Counted from the first letter of the stretch, positions 25,655 through 36,401 are shown. The stretch is DNA of 59,329 nucleotides from a virus (IMGVR_UViG_3300009034_000040:1-59329); one strand, 5' to 3'. Made by a program: numbers and translations. Notes: generated from the letters alone by a model not told the origin.

Positions 25655-28153
25655 TCACCTCTTCTTAACTCCTCTCAAACTATCATAAAGTATTTTATGA
25701 AAATCATCTAAACTATTCTGTTTATAAATCTCTATTCTTTTTATCTCTTCTGGACTCAGCCCAACCTTCTTTCTAGTTCTTCGCTCTGCATGTTTTAAAG
25801 CTCTCTTAGTTAATTCACTGTAAGACTTCTCCATCGTTTGTTTAGCTTTAACCATTGCTTCGTTAACTACTATTCCTTTCTGTTTACCGTCCTTTACTTG
25901 TTTAATTGCCCAATCTTTAATTTTTATTAGTTTCTTGTAGAGTGTGCTTTCATCATGAACTACACCGAAAGGTGCTCTGGCTTGAATAATGCTCTTTCTC
26001 TCTATAGGCTCTGGCATCTCTGTAGGTTCTGATCCAGCTGGACTCTCTAAAGGTGAAAACTTAATTCTGCTAAGTCTATATCTAAGGTTATCTATCTTCT
26101 GACCTAACCACTCAAGCTTAATACTGTCAAAGTAGTTAGCTAGTTCTATTAGTAGTTTAGGATTGAATTCTCTACGTGTATTAGTTAGTAACCGTTTAAC
26201 TCCTGCATCATAGTCATCCTCATTGAATCCCACACCTTCCAGTTTAGTTTTTACGAATCCTAACAGTTGTTCTAGAAGGTTAGATATCGCTAGGTTTAAT
26301 TTAGTAGCTGATGTTCTAGTTCCTTCTATTTCATGTTCATTAATCGTTATGTATACCTCATTTTGATCGCTGTTAATAGCAAATACCTTATCCCATACCC
26401 GTATCTGTGTTGCTGAATACCAACTAATCGGTAGAGGACTCGCTAAGTCTGTTCTCTCTGCTAACTCTAATCTTTCACCACTAGTTCTAGTAGGTTCTCC
26501 TTCTTCAAACTCTTCTGGTTTACCACCCATATCTCTAGGCTTCTCTCCAAATCTAGAACCGAACGGTTCTCCTTCTTGTAGTTTAGCTTTACCAGTAATC
26601 TTCAATTCTTCATTCTCATCTATTACCACATCAAATCCTGCTCTAGCTCCCTGTAAAGCAGTAGCCATCTTTGTATGTAATGTCTGAGCATCTCTTAGTT
26701 TGTCTCTTCCTCTAATAGGTGGAAAATCTAATAACCAATCTGTAATACCGAACTTAGGTAATATTCCGTAATTCCATAACTCTTTAAAGTTAGTCTGGTG
26801 TTCCTGAGTTGTTCTATCTTGAACCTCTATCTTAAGTTTATGTTGACCTCCCGGCTCTGAAACACTTACAAACTCAGCCGTAACCCCGTATACTTCTCCT
26901 ATAGCATTAATGTACTTCGCATAGAACTCTAAAGATTGCATAGCCTTAAGATCTTCCATGATAGGAAGTCGTATTGGATGCTGATCCTTCTTCAAACCTA
27001 TAAATAAAGTTCTAATAGCTGGACTAGTTCTATACCTCCCTGTAGTAATGTCTTCTTGATCTAAAGATTGTAATTCTTCTTCAATAGCAGTTTTCTTAGC
27101 AGCTATTTCTACATCATCATCTCCAGGGAATCCTATTATAGAACCTACCTTTCCTTTACTGTAAACTTCCCAATTATAATTATCCATTGCTGCAACTGTC
27201 TGTATAGGCTTCCAAATGCTTACTATTTTAGGATTACCGAATAGTCTAGGTTTAACTCCTGAACTAGAACCATGAACTATTTCCCCTGGTCCAAACCTAG
27301 CTAATACTACACCTGACACTTCCTGTACGTAGTAAGTCTGAATCATAGGCCCATTACAGTACTCACAAATCTTAAGTCTCTCTTGTTGTTCAGAAGGCAT
27401 CTCCGGCATTATCTGCACTACTGGCATATCCTGTTTCTTAAACTGTTCAGAATCATAACAATTAGGACAGAACCATTCATAACCTCCTAAATGACCTAAC
27501 TCATCTGCTATAGGAAAGAAGTATCTAGCATCCTCAATATAAACCTCAAAAGGTTTCTTATCATATACTACTCTTCCTTCTGATATAACAGTTCTCATCA
27601 ATCCTGTCTTAAGATCTCTCTCGCTCTTAGGTAGGTACTTATAAGCTACTCCTAAATACTGTTCATCTAATGCTAAATCATAAAACAAAGCAGAACGATA
27701 TAAATCTCTAAATGAATAATCCCTGTTAGGTCTACTTATTAGTCTATCAAATTCCTTAGCTTGTTCTTCTGAAGGAACCCTTAACTTACTACCACAACTA
27801 TCACACTTATTATCTTTAGGTGTCTCTTTAAATTCCTTACCACAGTCTTCCTTCTTACACTTCCACTTAAACTTAGGTACTCGTAAAGGCTTCTCTCTTG
27901 AACACTCCTGAATGATAGCTCTAAATGCTCTCCTTAAAGGCCATGAAGTAGTAGCTACCTCAAATAGGTTTACATAATCGTAGAAAGGTCTTCTTATTTG
28001 TGGTTGAGGCTCAAACACGAATGTAGGTTGTACAGGTGTAGTCTTCTGTATCTTTATTCCTATTCGATTACCTAACCATGTAAGGAGTCTTTCTCTTCTA
28101 GTTAATTTAGTTTCTTTCTTCTCTATTTTTAAACTCTTACTGCGTTTACTCAA
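25655..28153 (-). CDS. Portal protein with Zn-ribbon inserts and a long C-terminal extension
   Basis: Downstream of TerL; RPN, GEIVH...FGNP, IGEVYGV, ILPKFGITDW; two Cys-rich inserts. Confidence 0.85.
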   Translation of the reverse strand: MSKRSKSLKIEKKETKLTRRERLLTWLGNRIGIKIQKTTPVQPTFVFEPQPQIRRPFYDYVNLFEVATTSWPLRRAFRAIIQECSREKPLRVPKFKWKCKKEDCGKEFKETPKDNKCDSCGSKLRVPSEEQAKEFDRLISRPNRDYSFRDLYRSALFYDLALDEQYLGVAYKYLPKSERDLKTGLMRTVISEGRVVYDKKPFEVYIEDARYFFPIADELGHLGGYEWFCPNCYDSEQFKKQDMPVVQIMPEMPSEQQERLKICEYCNGPMIQTYYVQEVSGVVLARFGPGEIVHGSSSGVKPRLFGNPKIVSIWKPIQTVAAMDNYNWEVYSKGKVGSIIGFPGDDDVEIAAKKTAIEEELQSLDQEDITTGRYRTSPAIRTLFIGLKKDQHPIRLPIMEDLKAMQSLEFYAKYINAIGEVYGVTAEFVSVSEPGGQHKLKIEVQDRTTQEHQTNFKELWNYGILPKFGITDWLLDFPPIRGRDKLRDAQTLHTKMATALQGARAGFDVVIDENEELKITGKAKLQEGEPFGSRFGEKPRDMGGKPEEFEEGEPTRTSGERLELAERTDLASPLPISWYSATQIRVWDKVFAINSDQNEVYITINEHEIEGTRTSATKLNLAISNLLEQLLGFVKTKLEGVGFNEDDYDAGVKRLLTNTRREFNPKLLIELANYFDSIKLEWLGQKIDNLRYRLSRIKFSPLESPAGSEPTEMPEPIERKSIIQARAPFGVVHDESTLYKKLIKIKDWAIKQVKDGKQKGIVVNEAMVKAKQTMEKSYSELTKRALKHAERRTRKKVGLSPEEIKRIEIYKQNSLDDFHKILYDSLRGVKKR

Positions 28154-28439
28154 TTAATATCATCTCTAAAAACTATTACGAAGTCATGTCCAACAGCTAA
28201 AGGAGAGTATATCACGTGTTTATCTAAGTCATGTATAACATTACAACCAGCAAATACCCTATCGAATTGTTCACCTGAACAGTAAGCTTCTGTACGAGTA
28301 CTGTTCCAGTTATAGAGTCTAACTAACGTAGGTTTCTTAAATCGTCTAATTAACTTGTCTAGAAACAAGTAGAGTCTCCTTTCTCTCTCTTTATATATCT
28401 ATGTAAAAACTAGTATATAATTATTAACACTCTTTTCTT

Positions 28440-28665
28440 CTTATGGGAGTAGAAGGCAGGTCTCATTCCCAACTAAACAAAGACTCACTCTCCTTCTACT
28501 CCGAATCCTTAAGGAGCTTAATAGGTGTTTAAGAGAGCCTCCGTTTCTCCGCTACACCCAAATATTAACCGGTGTTTTGCCAATCCTACCGGAGACACTT
28601 GGATCAAGTCTTCTTTAAAGTTTGCACCATTCCTTATCTCTAAAACACGATGCTAAGACAAGTAA
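28440..28665 (-). ncRNA. Candidate structured non-coding RNA 1
   Basis: No ORF; BRE-TATA at 28682-28697; 11-bp stem 28446-28456/28492-28502 and further hairpins. Confidence 0.4.
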
Positions 28666-28882
28666 CTATTACTCTTTCTAATTAATAAAGCTTTCTATCG
28701 GAAATGTTCTTCAGATATAAAACCTCGATGTTCTTGTTGCCACTTAAATGTACGAAGTAATCTGTGGAATTCTCCTCTAAAAGATATCATCTCGGTGCAT
28801 ATTTCCTTATACTTAATACAATAAAAGCCTTCATCAGGATGAAAACAATTCCGTCTTCTATCTAGATAACATTTTAATTTTT

Positions 28883-29311
28883 TCAGGTTCCTACCAACCC
28901 TTCCTTTAACTGTCGAAATCTCTCTTTAAGTATTCGCTGATTACCAAGTATCTCAATCATAGGAGCAGAATCCTTGAATAAGTCTATTGCTTTCTTTAGT
29001 CCCTTCATAGTGTAGTTAACGTTCTGTATTATCTTATCATGCTTCTTAAGTAATCGCTCTAGCTTATCCAATTCTTCAGTAGTTTTCTTTTCTTGTGTAT
29101 CTCTAATTAAGTCTACTAATTCCTCTAATACCCTTCCTTCATCTCTAAGACAAAAATCTTCAACTCTACAAGTATCGGTTGTTCTGTTATTATCATGCAT
29201 CGTATCTTTATCAACAATCTTAAGTATGCTTAAGTCTTTAGTAAGCTTAAACTCCCAACTAGCCTTATTGTATAGAAGGTTTAGTATCTGACTCTCTAAT
29301 TCTTTTTTCAT
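28883..29311 (-). CDS. Coiled-coil hypothetical protein
   Basis: 142-aa ORF with GGGGTGA SD. Confidence 0.6.
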   Translation of the reverse strand: MKKELESQILNLLYNKASWEFKLTKDLSILKIVDKDTMHDNNRTTDTCRVEDFCLRDEGRVLEELVDLIRDTQEKKTTEELDKLERLLKKHDKIIQNVNYTMKGLKKAIDLFKDSAPMIEILGNQRILKERFRQLKEGLVGT

Positions 29312-29713
29312 TTAATCACCCCTCATCAATTTCAATCTTACCAAAGTAATCTTTAATTTCCTTCCAAGTTTTAAAGTAATAAATATTATACCAATCCTTA
29401 GCAAATAAATGAATAATAAAACCATTACCAATTTTTACAACCTTGATCTCATAAATTTCTTTAACATCAAATCGTAACTCCACCAAATCACCACCTATAT
29501 ATTAACTCTTACCGCTCCTCCCTTAAAACTCTTTTCATTAAACAACATTTCTCACAAAGACTGTAACTTCCAACTAAACCACTAGGATTCTTTAATTCCT
29601 CATAAAGTTCTTGTGATACATCACCTATATCAATTTCAACTATTTCTAACTTACCACATTCTGAACAGGTAACATATCGTTTGATTTTCATTATATTCTA
29701 ACCACTCTCTCAT

Positions 29714-31231
29714 TTATATATTTACTCTCACTGCGCCACCCCTAAAGCTTTTTTCCTTGAACGCATATATACCAAGCATAAGCGAAATGGGGTAATCGTC
29801 ATGGCGTCCTTTAATTTTAGGATGTTCAAGCTTAAGCGTGTGACCAGTGTATTTCCTCTCTAAGTCTAATATCTGATCTATAAACTTGCTTTTCTCTCTC
29901 TTATATCTAGTGTGTTTAGGGTACTTAACTCTGTCGTGTTGGAACTCCCTATCCATTGCTTTAGCTGCTTCATCATTCTCTCTAGCTGAAGCATAGAAAT
30001 CTCCAACTCTAGCCCATGCAACCTTCTTAACTCTTCCTGATCTACTATCTACTAATTCTTCTTCCCATAACCGTTTTCTGAGCATATCGTAAAGAGGTCT
30101 ACCTAACCCAACTATATCTATTAATCCGTAACGTAAAGGCTTGTATCTATATAAAAACTTTATTATCTTAGGGAACTGTTCTTCAAAATCTAATCCTTGT
30201 AACTCTAACCAAGCAATTATATGTATTTCAGTTCCATCTATCTCTATTATCGTTACTACCGTACTATCTCCAGCTCTAGCTACATCTATACCAAAGAATC
30301 GTAGTCTAGCTTTATCCCATATGTAATCTTCCTCTAATATCACTAAGTCTTCCCAAGCAATAAACTTAAGTGAAGCACCTACCCATTCAAGTTTGTACTG
30401 TGTACGGAACTCTATAGAATCTTCTCCAAGTCTCTCTCTTTCTTTCTTAACGTAACGTCTATAAGCAGTAGATCGTTTAGCTGCTTCACTCCAAGGAACC
30501 ATCTCTACGAAATCTGCTGTACTCTTATTCCTAGCTGGATCATCACTGTACATCTCTATTGCCTGTCTAAAATACTCGTTTTTAAAGTAGGGTGAAGTAG
30601 TTCCTGTAAGAACCCGTACTCCTCCTTTCTCTGCTCCCATAGGGAACACATCGTTCTTAAGCTTCATAGCGTTAACTAACTCTGACTGTTCAATAACCAT
30701 TAAGCTAAAGCTAGGTCCTATAATCTCTGCTTGCTCTCCTACTGATAAAGATTGTATATACATTTCTTTTTCATTAATAATATTCTTAAGTACAAATAGA
30801 CTAGAAGTAAGCCCTTCTCCAGCTATCATTTGAACTCCTAAATCTCTAAGAAAAGATCTAATAGAACTAAAATGTTTTCTAAGTCTGTTTCTAGTAACAT
30901 GTGTAATCATACTCTTTACCGGAGCAAATAAACCAGCGTTAAAATCTTGATTTAAGAATATTATGTAGAAAGTACCTAAAACAAGTACTGTTAAAGATAC
31001 CGTAGTCGTCTTGCCCGATTGACGACACCACAAAGTAATTATCTCATTTCCTAAAGCTGCCTCTGTAACTCTGTACTCTATCAACTTATCGCTAAGTGGT
31101 ATCTGATAGCTCCTTAACTTAAACTTAGCTTTCTTTAATAGAATAGTTCTCCAATCCTTAGCACAGTCAATTATATCAAATATATTCTTTGCTCTAGAAA
31201 GTTTAATCCTGATTGCTTGTACTTCATTCAT
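29714..31231 (-). CDS. terL: Terminase large subunit
   Basis: CRQSGKT Walker A, MVIEQS Walker B variant, TGT, FGIDVARAGDSTV, HDDYP nuclease motifs. Confidence 0.95.
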   Translation of the reverse strand: MNEVQAIRIKLSRAKNIFDIIDCAKDWRTILLKKAKFKLRSYQIPLSDKLIEYRVTEAALGNEIITLWCRQSGKTTTVSLTVLVLGTFYIIFLNQDFNAGLFAPVKSMITHVTRNRLRKHFSSIRSFLRDLGVQMIAGEGLTSSLFVLKNIINEKEMYIQSLSVGEQAEIIGPSFSLMVIEQSELVNAMKLKNDVFPMGAEKGGVRVLTGTTSPYFKNEYFRQAIEMYSDDPARNKSTADFVEMVPWSEAAKRSTAYRRYVKKERERLGEDSIEFRTQYKLEWVGASLKFIAWEDLVILEEDYIWDKARLRFFGIDVARAGDSTVVTIIEIDGTEIHIIAWLELQGLDFEEQFPKIIKFLYRYKPLRYGLIDIVGLGRPLYDMLRKRLWEEELVDSRSGRVKKVAWARVGDFYASARENDEAAKAMDREFQHDRVKYPKHTRYKREKSKFIDQILDLERKYTGHTLKLEHPKIKGRHDDYPISLMLGIYAFKEKSFRGGAVRVNI

Positions 31232-32089
31232 TTAATTTACCAAACAATTCTTTAATTTTTCACCTAAGTATTCTATAACATTAACTGTAACTGCATTTCC
31301 TAAACACTTATACCGTTGCGTATCACTTAACCATCTAGTCCAATTATCAGGGAATCCTTGTAATCTTTCCCATTCTACAGGAATTGAATACCTAACCTTT
31401 TCAACTAACTTACCATCACTCTGAACTATTTTTATACCTATTAAATTTCTTTCTTTAAAACTTCCTCCAACACCCAATGAATATGCAACCCGTATCCGTG
31501 ACCTTTCTCTTTGTGTCGATTTCTCCGCTTCACCAAAGTTTTGATTAATTTTTGAGATAGGAAATATTTCTTTGGTACGTCTGTCTCTAAGATGTCCTCC
31601 AATAAACACTCTTTCCCTATGTTGGGGAACCCCAAAATATTCGCTGTTAAGTACTTGCCATTCACACCAATACCCCAATTCATCCAACGATTCAAGAATG
31701 ACTTGGAATGTAAATCCTTCATCGTGACTGAGAAGCCCTTTAACGTTTTCAAGCAATAAAAATGAAGGTTTTTTAACTTTCGCAATTCTACATATCTCAT
31801 AGAATAATGTTCCACGAGTATCTTGGAAACCTTTACGCTTTTCTTGTGCAATTGAAAAAGGTTGACAAGGAAATCCAGCAGTGAGCAATGTGTGTTCTGG
31901 TATTCTGTCTGTGTTTTTCTTTCTGATGTCTCCTTCATCTAATTCATTCCACCCAAAGTGTATCTTATATATTTTATTAGCGTACTTATTATTGTCATTT
32001 GCCCACACACACTTCCAACCACTTCTTTCTAGCCCTAACCTAAAACCACCTATACCACTAAACATCTCTATAAAAGTTAATTCATCCAA
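31232..32089 (-). CDS. DNA (cytosine-5) methyltransferase
   Basis: FSGIGG, GFPCQPFS, ENVKG, PQHRERVF, RLQGFPD, GNAV. Confidence 0.95.
   Translation of the reverse strand: MDELTFIEMFSGIGGFRLGLERSGWKCVWANDNNKYANKIYKIHFGWNELDEGDIRKKNTDRIPEHTLLTAGFPCQPFSIAQEKRKGFQDTRGTLFYEICRIAKVKKPSFLLLENVKGLLSHDEGFTFQVILESLDELGYWCEWQVLNSEYFGVPQHRERVFIGGHLRDRRTKEIFPISKINQNFGEAEKSTQRERSRIRVAYSLGVGGSFKERNLIGIKIVQSDGKLVEKVRYSIPVEWERLQGFPDNWTRWLSDTQRYKCLGNAVTVNVIEYLGEKLKNCLVN
31441..31938 (-). CDS. Nested alternative-frame ORF; probable second subunit of the C5 methyltransferase
   Basis: 165-aa open frame inside the MTase gene carrying CLLEDILETDVPKKYFLS, a segment absent from the main frame. Confidence 0.55.
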   Translation of the reverse strand: MKETSERKTQTEYQNTHCSLLDFLVNLFQLHKKSVKVSKILVEHYSMRYVELRKLKNLHFYCLKTLKGFSVTMKDLHSKSFLNRWMNWGIGVNGKYLTANILGFPNIGKECLLEDILETDVPKKYFLSQKLIKTLVKRRNRHKEKGHGYGLHIHWVLEEVLKKEI

Positions 32090-32419
32090 TTAAAGAATCT
32101 TCCTGCCATGTCTATAAGGACGTGTATCATTCCTATTCATTTCAGAACGCAAATATTTCTCAATGTCAATATCTAGTTCCCCAATTAAATGAAATATCCG
32201 TATTAAGCAACCAGCAATTTCTTTTCCAAAATTCTCCTTATTATCATCTCGATATTCTTCAAGTGCTTCACTTAATTCTGAATGTATTAAAGCAAGAGCT
32301 TCTAAAACTGTAATAGCTTCTAAATTTTTCTTCCAAGTCACAAACCAACCATGTTCATTAGCCGTTCTCTTACACCTTTTAACTAAATATTGAATCGTTA
32401 ACTCTTTATTCAATCTCAA
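32090..32419 (-). CDS. MazG-like NTP pyrophosphohydrolase
   Basis: LIHSELSEALEEYR...EIAG...N-xx-RPYRHG; the usual E-x-A-D aspartate is Gly here. Confidence 0.8.
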   Translation of the reverse strand: MRLNKELTIQYLVKRCKRTANEHGWFVTWKKNLEAITVLEALALIHSELSEALEEYRDDNKENFGKEIAGCLIRIFHLIGELDIDIEKYLRSEMNRNDTRPYRHGRKIL

Positions 32420-34630
32420 ACCTCATATTATATATTTCCTGGAACTCCTCTAATCTAAGACTTAACTGTTTAATCAGTCTAGCCTTAGCTATCAGTTCAT
32501 CATGTGTCTCTCTAGTGTAAGCTGATATGTCATAGTATGAAAGTAATCCTATCCTAACTATATTCTCGTAGTATTCCTGACTAGGCCAACTAACTAAAAC
32601 TCGTCTACTCATTACTTCTTCCTCAATAACTCTGCTCCTTGCTTCCATCTTCGCTTACACTGATAACATACCCAAAACTTAGCTCTGTGACCTCTCTTCA
32701 TCTCATCTGTCCATGCTCTAAACCTTAATTTCAGTAAAGGATGACTACCACAGTTAGGGCAAAACGGATTAATGTTATTTTCCCTCCACAGCCTTCAACA
32801 TCTCAATAATCTCATGATCTTTAATTAAACCCTTCACTAATATTTCTTTAGTCTTAGATATGAAAGTTAACCACCTTATCAATTGTTCATCAGTTAACTT
32901 ATAATTCTCAATATTAAATTCTTTACTCAATCTTATCTACCTTTCAACAATAATATCAACTATCCTGTACGTTATAACCTTATACCCTTGAGCTTTGAAT
33001 AGTTTTATTAATGATGAACCTTTATGTAAATAAACAGTTCTAAATATGAAACCACTCAAATCATATTCAACATCTAAATCTGGTAAGAGATTACTCCTTA
33101 TTTTATTCAAGGCTTAACTTCTCCTTTCCTTTTTAATAATGAACAAAAACCTATGTAATTGCAACAACTACAAGATGAAAGTTTTTGTTTAAATTTAAAA
33201 AGACAAATTGCGATTTCTTCAGCCTCTTCAATCGCTATATCTTTTAACTCTTCAAGTCTATCCATTTCAGCCACCTAAAAATTAGCTTGTAAAATATCTA
33301 GATAAATCTTAAGTTCTTCAATAGAAAGTTTTCTTGTTTTCTGAAATTCTTTTTCAATAATATCTTCATTTTTCAAGGCTTAACTTCCCCTTCAAACCCA
33401 CACCGTTTACACTTCTTAACTGTAAAATCTGTTCTTGGTTTAGGTTTCTCATGAACACCTGTTAATCTCTTCCTCTGAACCTTATATTGTAGTTTATTAT
33501 CTCCACACTTAGGACACTTCATCTTTGATGCCTCAAATACCTCTAAACCTTTGACAATCACAAAAACGACAGTCAACATAAATTCTTGGATGCACCGAAC
33601 TAACAGTAGGAATATACGATCTATGACTCTTTTTTGAATGACCACACTCACATTTAGAATACTTCATACCTTAAGCAACTCTACTAGGTTATAGATATAT
33701 CTTCCTTCAGTATCAGAGTAGATTTCTATTTCTCTAATAAAGTCTATTGTTATAGATTCTATATTCATTTGATTGATAACTCCTTCTCTCCGAAAAGCAA
33801 CTTCTTCAAAAATTCTCGTTTATAGTAAGCCTCATCTTTCTCTAGGCTATACGGCATAGATTCTTCGTATTGACGGTTGTATTTTTCTAAGAGTTGTCGC
33901 AGTTTCTCAATCAAAGGCTTAGCTTGCTCACCAAGCATAGCCAAAACATCGGGAAGCTTTACTAACGAAACAAATACTGATTCATCAGAACGCAGACTTG
34001 CAAGTTTCTTGCAGTCTTTTTCTTCTACAAAATATGTACTATGAGAATCTCTATGAACGACTATCTTTATTGCTTTTTGTTTGATTTTCTCCTCGAAGCT
34101 CAATTAAATACCTCACTTACCTAAAATTTCTTTAATAATATCTAACTGTCCTTGTCTATAAGCTCTACCTATTTTACTTAATGCAAGATTTTTTCCATTT
34201 CGTTTTTGAAGTTCAGCCTCAAATTCGTCTTTCCATTTCAGAATTAATTCAATATAACGAAATCTGTATTCTGCTTTATCCCTTGAGTATGGTGCACCTG
34301 TTGGAAAGGTTCTCAGATTAGGCTCCATCTAATACCTCACTTATCTATACCTCAAACACTTATTTAAGTTTATTCTTTCTTAATTCCATGTAGAATTATT
34401 TGAACTTCCTTAATATAACTAAGATATAATTTAGCTATACCAATACAATATTCACAACCCTTAAGAAATTCTTCTTCAGACATTGGACCAGCTGTAGCAC
34501 AACTAAAGTTAGAATCCTTATCAACTGTAATACAACAAGGAGGATATTTCATTCCTTCAAATTTCAATGCTTCTCTAATTATCTCTATTTCTGCTAAAGC
34601 GTTCTCTAATCGTTGTTTAATGTTGCTCAA
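32406..34630 (-). other. Cluster of small hypothetical ORFs (accessory region)
   Basis: Densely packed 50-110 aa ORFs with overlapping stops/starts; several CxxC. Confidence 0.6.
32612..32773 (-). CDS. Zn-ribbon protein with probable ATT start (not in the ORF track)
   Basis: GGAGG-N9-ATT; CPNCG...CYQC; no ATG/GTG/TTG in frame upstream of the first Cys pair. Confidence 0.55.
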   Translation of the reverse strand: MNPFCPNCGSHPLLKLRFRAWTDEMKRGHRAKFWVCYQCKRRWKQGAELLRKK

Positions 34631-34831
34631 TTATTCTACCTCTGTAGGATTATCTATTCCCCACTGAATATCAGTAAAGAGATCTTTAAACTCATCAAAG
34701 GTTAAGCCAGCATGAAGTTCTTTTCCGCCATCATCCTCAATATAGAAGTCAACTATCCTACGCTTCCAGTCTATTTCATATCTCACTTAGACACCCAATA
34801 AGAATACCACAGACTAATATTTAAAGATTGC

Positions 34832-35041
34832 TTAAGTTCTCTCAAACTCTAATCCTTCAATATCGTTCTTAGCCATCCAAGGAATCAGCTTCTCAATGAT
34901 AGCTATAAGCTTTGGCCCTTCAGTAGCATCGAATAGTTCTAAGTCATCAGCTGTAATCTTACCGTGATCGTCTATTGTAATACTACCGTCAGGGGAAGAA
35001 CCAGCGTACGAAACCGTTACATCCATGCCCATGTAAATCAC
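34832..35041 (-). CDS. Hypothetical protein with own promoter (paralog of 9863..10075)
   Basis: SD GAGGTGA; TATA-like element at ~35069-35083. Confidence 0.6.
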   Translation of the reverse strand: MIYMGMDVTVSYAGSSPDGSITIDDHGKITADDLELFDATEGPKLIAIIEKLIPWMAKNDIEGLEFERT

Positions 35042-35341
35042 CTCTACTAATCATATTACTCAATAACCTATTAAAACCTTCACAACAAGAAATAACTCAT
35101 ATCAGTAAAAATAACCAAGTCTGCTTCTTAATTAGAATTAGTTCTACTAGATTTAATGGTTTACTGAAATAACTAAATCATCAATACCTAAAATCTCTTA
35201 TGTAAGAAATCTATCAGTTTATGAATCAAAAACTACAGAATGTAAGTATGTACTCCACTAAATTTAATGTCTATTCCATCTATCCTTATCAAATACTTCA
35301 AGAAGACCTATTAACATCTAAATATAAATCTTTCTTATAGG

Positions 35342-35480
35342 AAAAATAGAATAGGTAGGCGTGTACTGACACCTCGTTACTCCCAGTCTTACCATACTCA
35401 TCTGGATCTGGTTGCCCGCACCGTATCGCAATAGGTGCTCTTGCAATAACACCGAGCAACATCCTATTCTATTCTTCATC
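35342..35480 (-). ncRNA. Candidate structured non-coding RNA 2
   Basis: GC-rich island closed by an 11-bp stem (35345-35355/35463-35473); BRE-TATA at ~35511-35524; T-run after the stem. Confidence 0.5.
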
Positions 35481-35869
35481 TATAAGTAAATAATACTTAC
35501 TTTTCATTTAATATAAATCTTTCTAAAAATAAGGCTTGTGAAAACAAGAAATAAAAAAAGGAAAATTAATTGTTCAAAGATTATCTAATTCATTGCGGTC
35601 TATCAAGATATTCTTTCCGTGTTATAAATTGCCAATATTTAAAAAAGGAAACAACACCAAGAGTTTCATCGCCATCTCTAACAATAATTTTATAACGAGA
35701 TGTATCAATAATCTGGAGATGTTTACCTTTAAAATAGATTGGCTCGTTTTGTACTACCACAACTACATATTTCATACAACTACCACCTCCACTACTTGAT
35801 TAAATAATAATATATCACACCTCTATATAAACTTTCAAAAATAAGACCGTTATATAGAGAACGTTAAAT

Positions 35870-36145
35870 AATGTTTCAACCTAATATTCCAAATCCGTTT
35901 CGTGCAGCACTCCATCAAAAGACCATTCAATCCCTACCCGGTGTAGTTATGTTCAACAAGTAACTGTATCTCTGTAATGACAGGTTCCTATAACAAAAAG
36001 CTTCAGTGCCCTTTAAGCTATACGCAACTCCACTAACCTATGGTGGCTGAACATGGTGAGCACCTTACTCTAGGTCTTACAACGCTTCTAAATCCGTGAA
36101 GATCTAGCTCGTATTACTGCCCTTTTCCGATGCTCACTTACTACT
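35870..36145 (-). ncRNA. Candidate structured non-coding RNA 3 (or origin-like element)
   Basis: No ORF; promoter at 36160-36195; several 9-bp stems and two internal repeat pairs. Confidence 0.45.
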
Positions 36146-36159
36146 ACTCATTCCTAACT

Positions 36160-36195
36160 AATAAACCTATTCCCTTCGTTGTTAGACAGAAATAC
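36160..36195 (-). promoter_or_regulatory. Promoter with TGT-N3-ACA upstream motif
   Basis: TTTATTAG box; plus-strand TTGTTAGACAGAAATAC at 36179-36195. Confidence 0.6.
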
Positions 36196-36401
36196 TAATT
36201 AGATAAAAACTGTTTAGCCTTTTCAAATGTAAGGGCAATTATACCATGACAAAATGGACATAGATATTTCTCTAATCTTGAATTATCACAAACCTGATAT
36301 CTATAACCTTCAATCACAAAAACCCCTACTGATAAATCAGTTGCTACTATATGAAAATGTAAATGACTGAGATTTCTATTACAATGAGGGCATTTAGCCA
36401 T
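36195..36401 (-). CDS. Zn-finger protein
   Basis: CPHC...CPFC; own promoter. Confidence 0.65.
   Translation of the reverse strand: MAKCPHCNRNLSHLHFHIVATDLSVGVFVIEGYRYQVCDNSRLEKYLCPFCHGIIALTFEKAKQFLSN

Noticed and set aside
35870-35940. Mini-CRISPR array (GTTTCAAC / ATTCAATC words)
   Set aside because: No repeated 25-37 bp unit at regular spacing.
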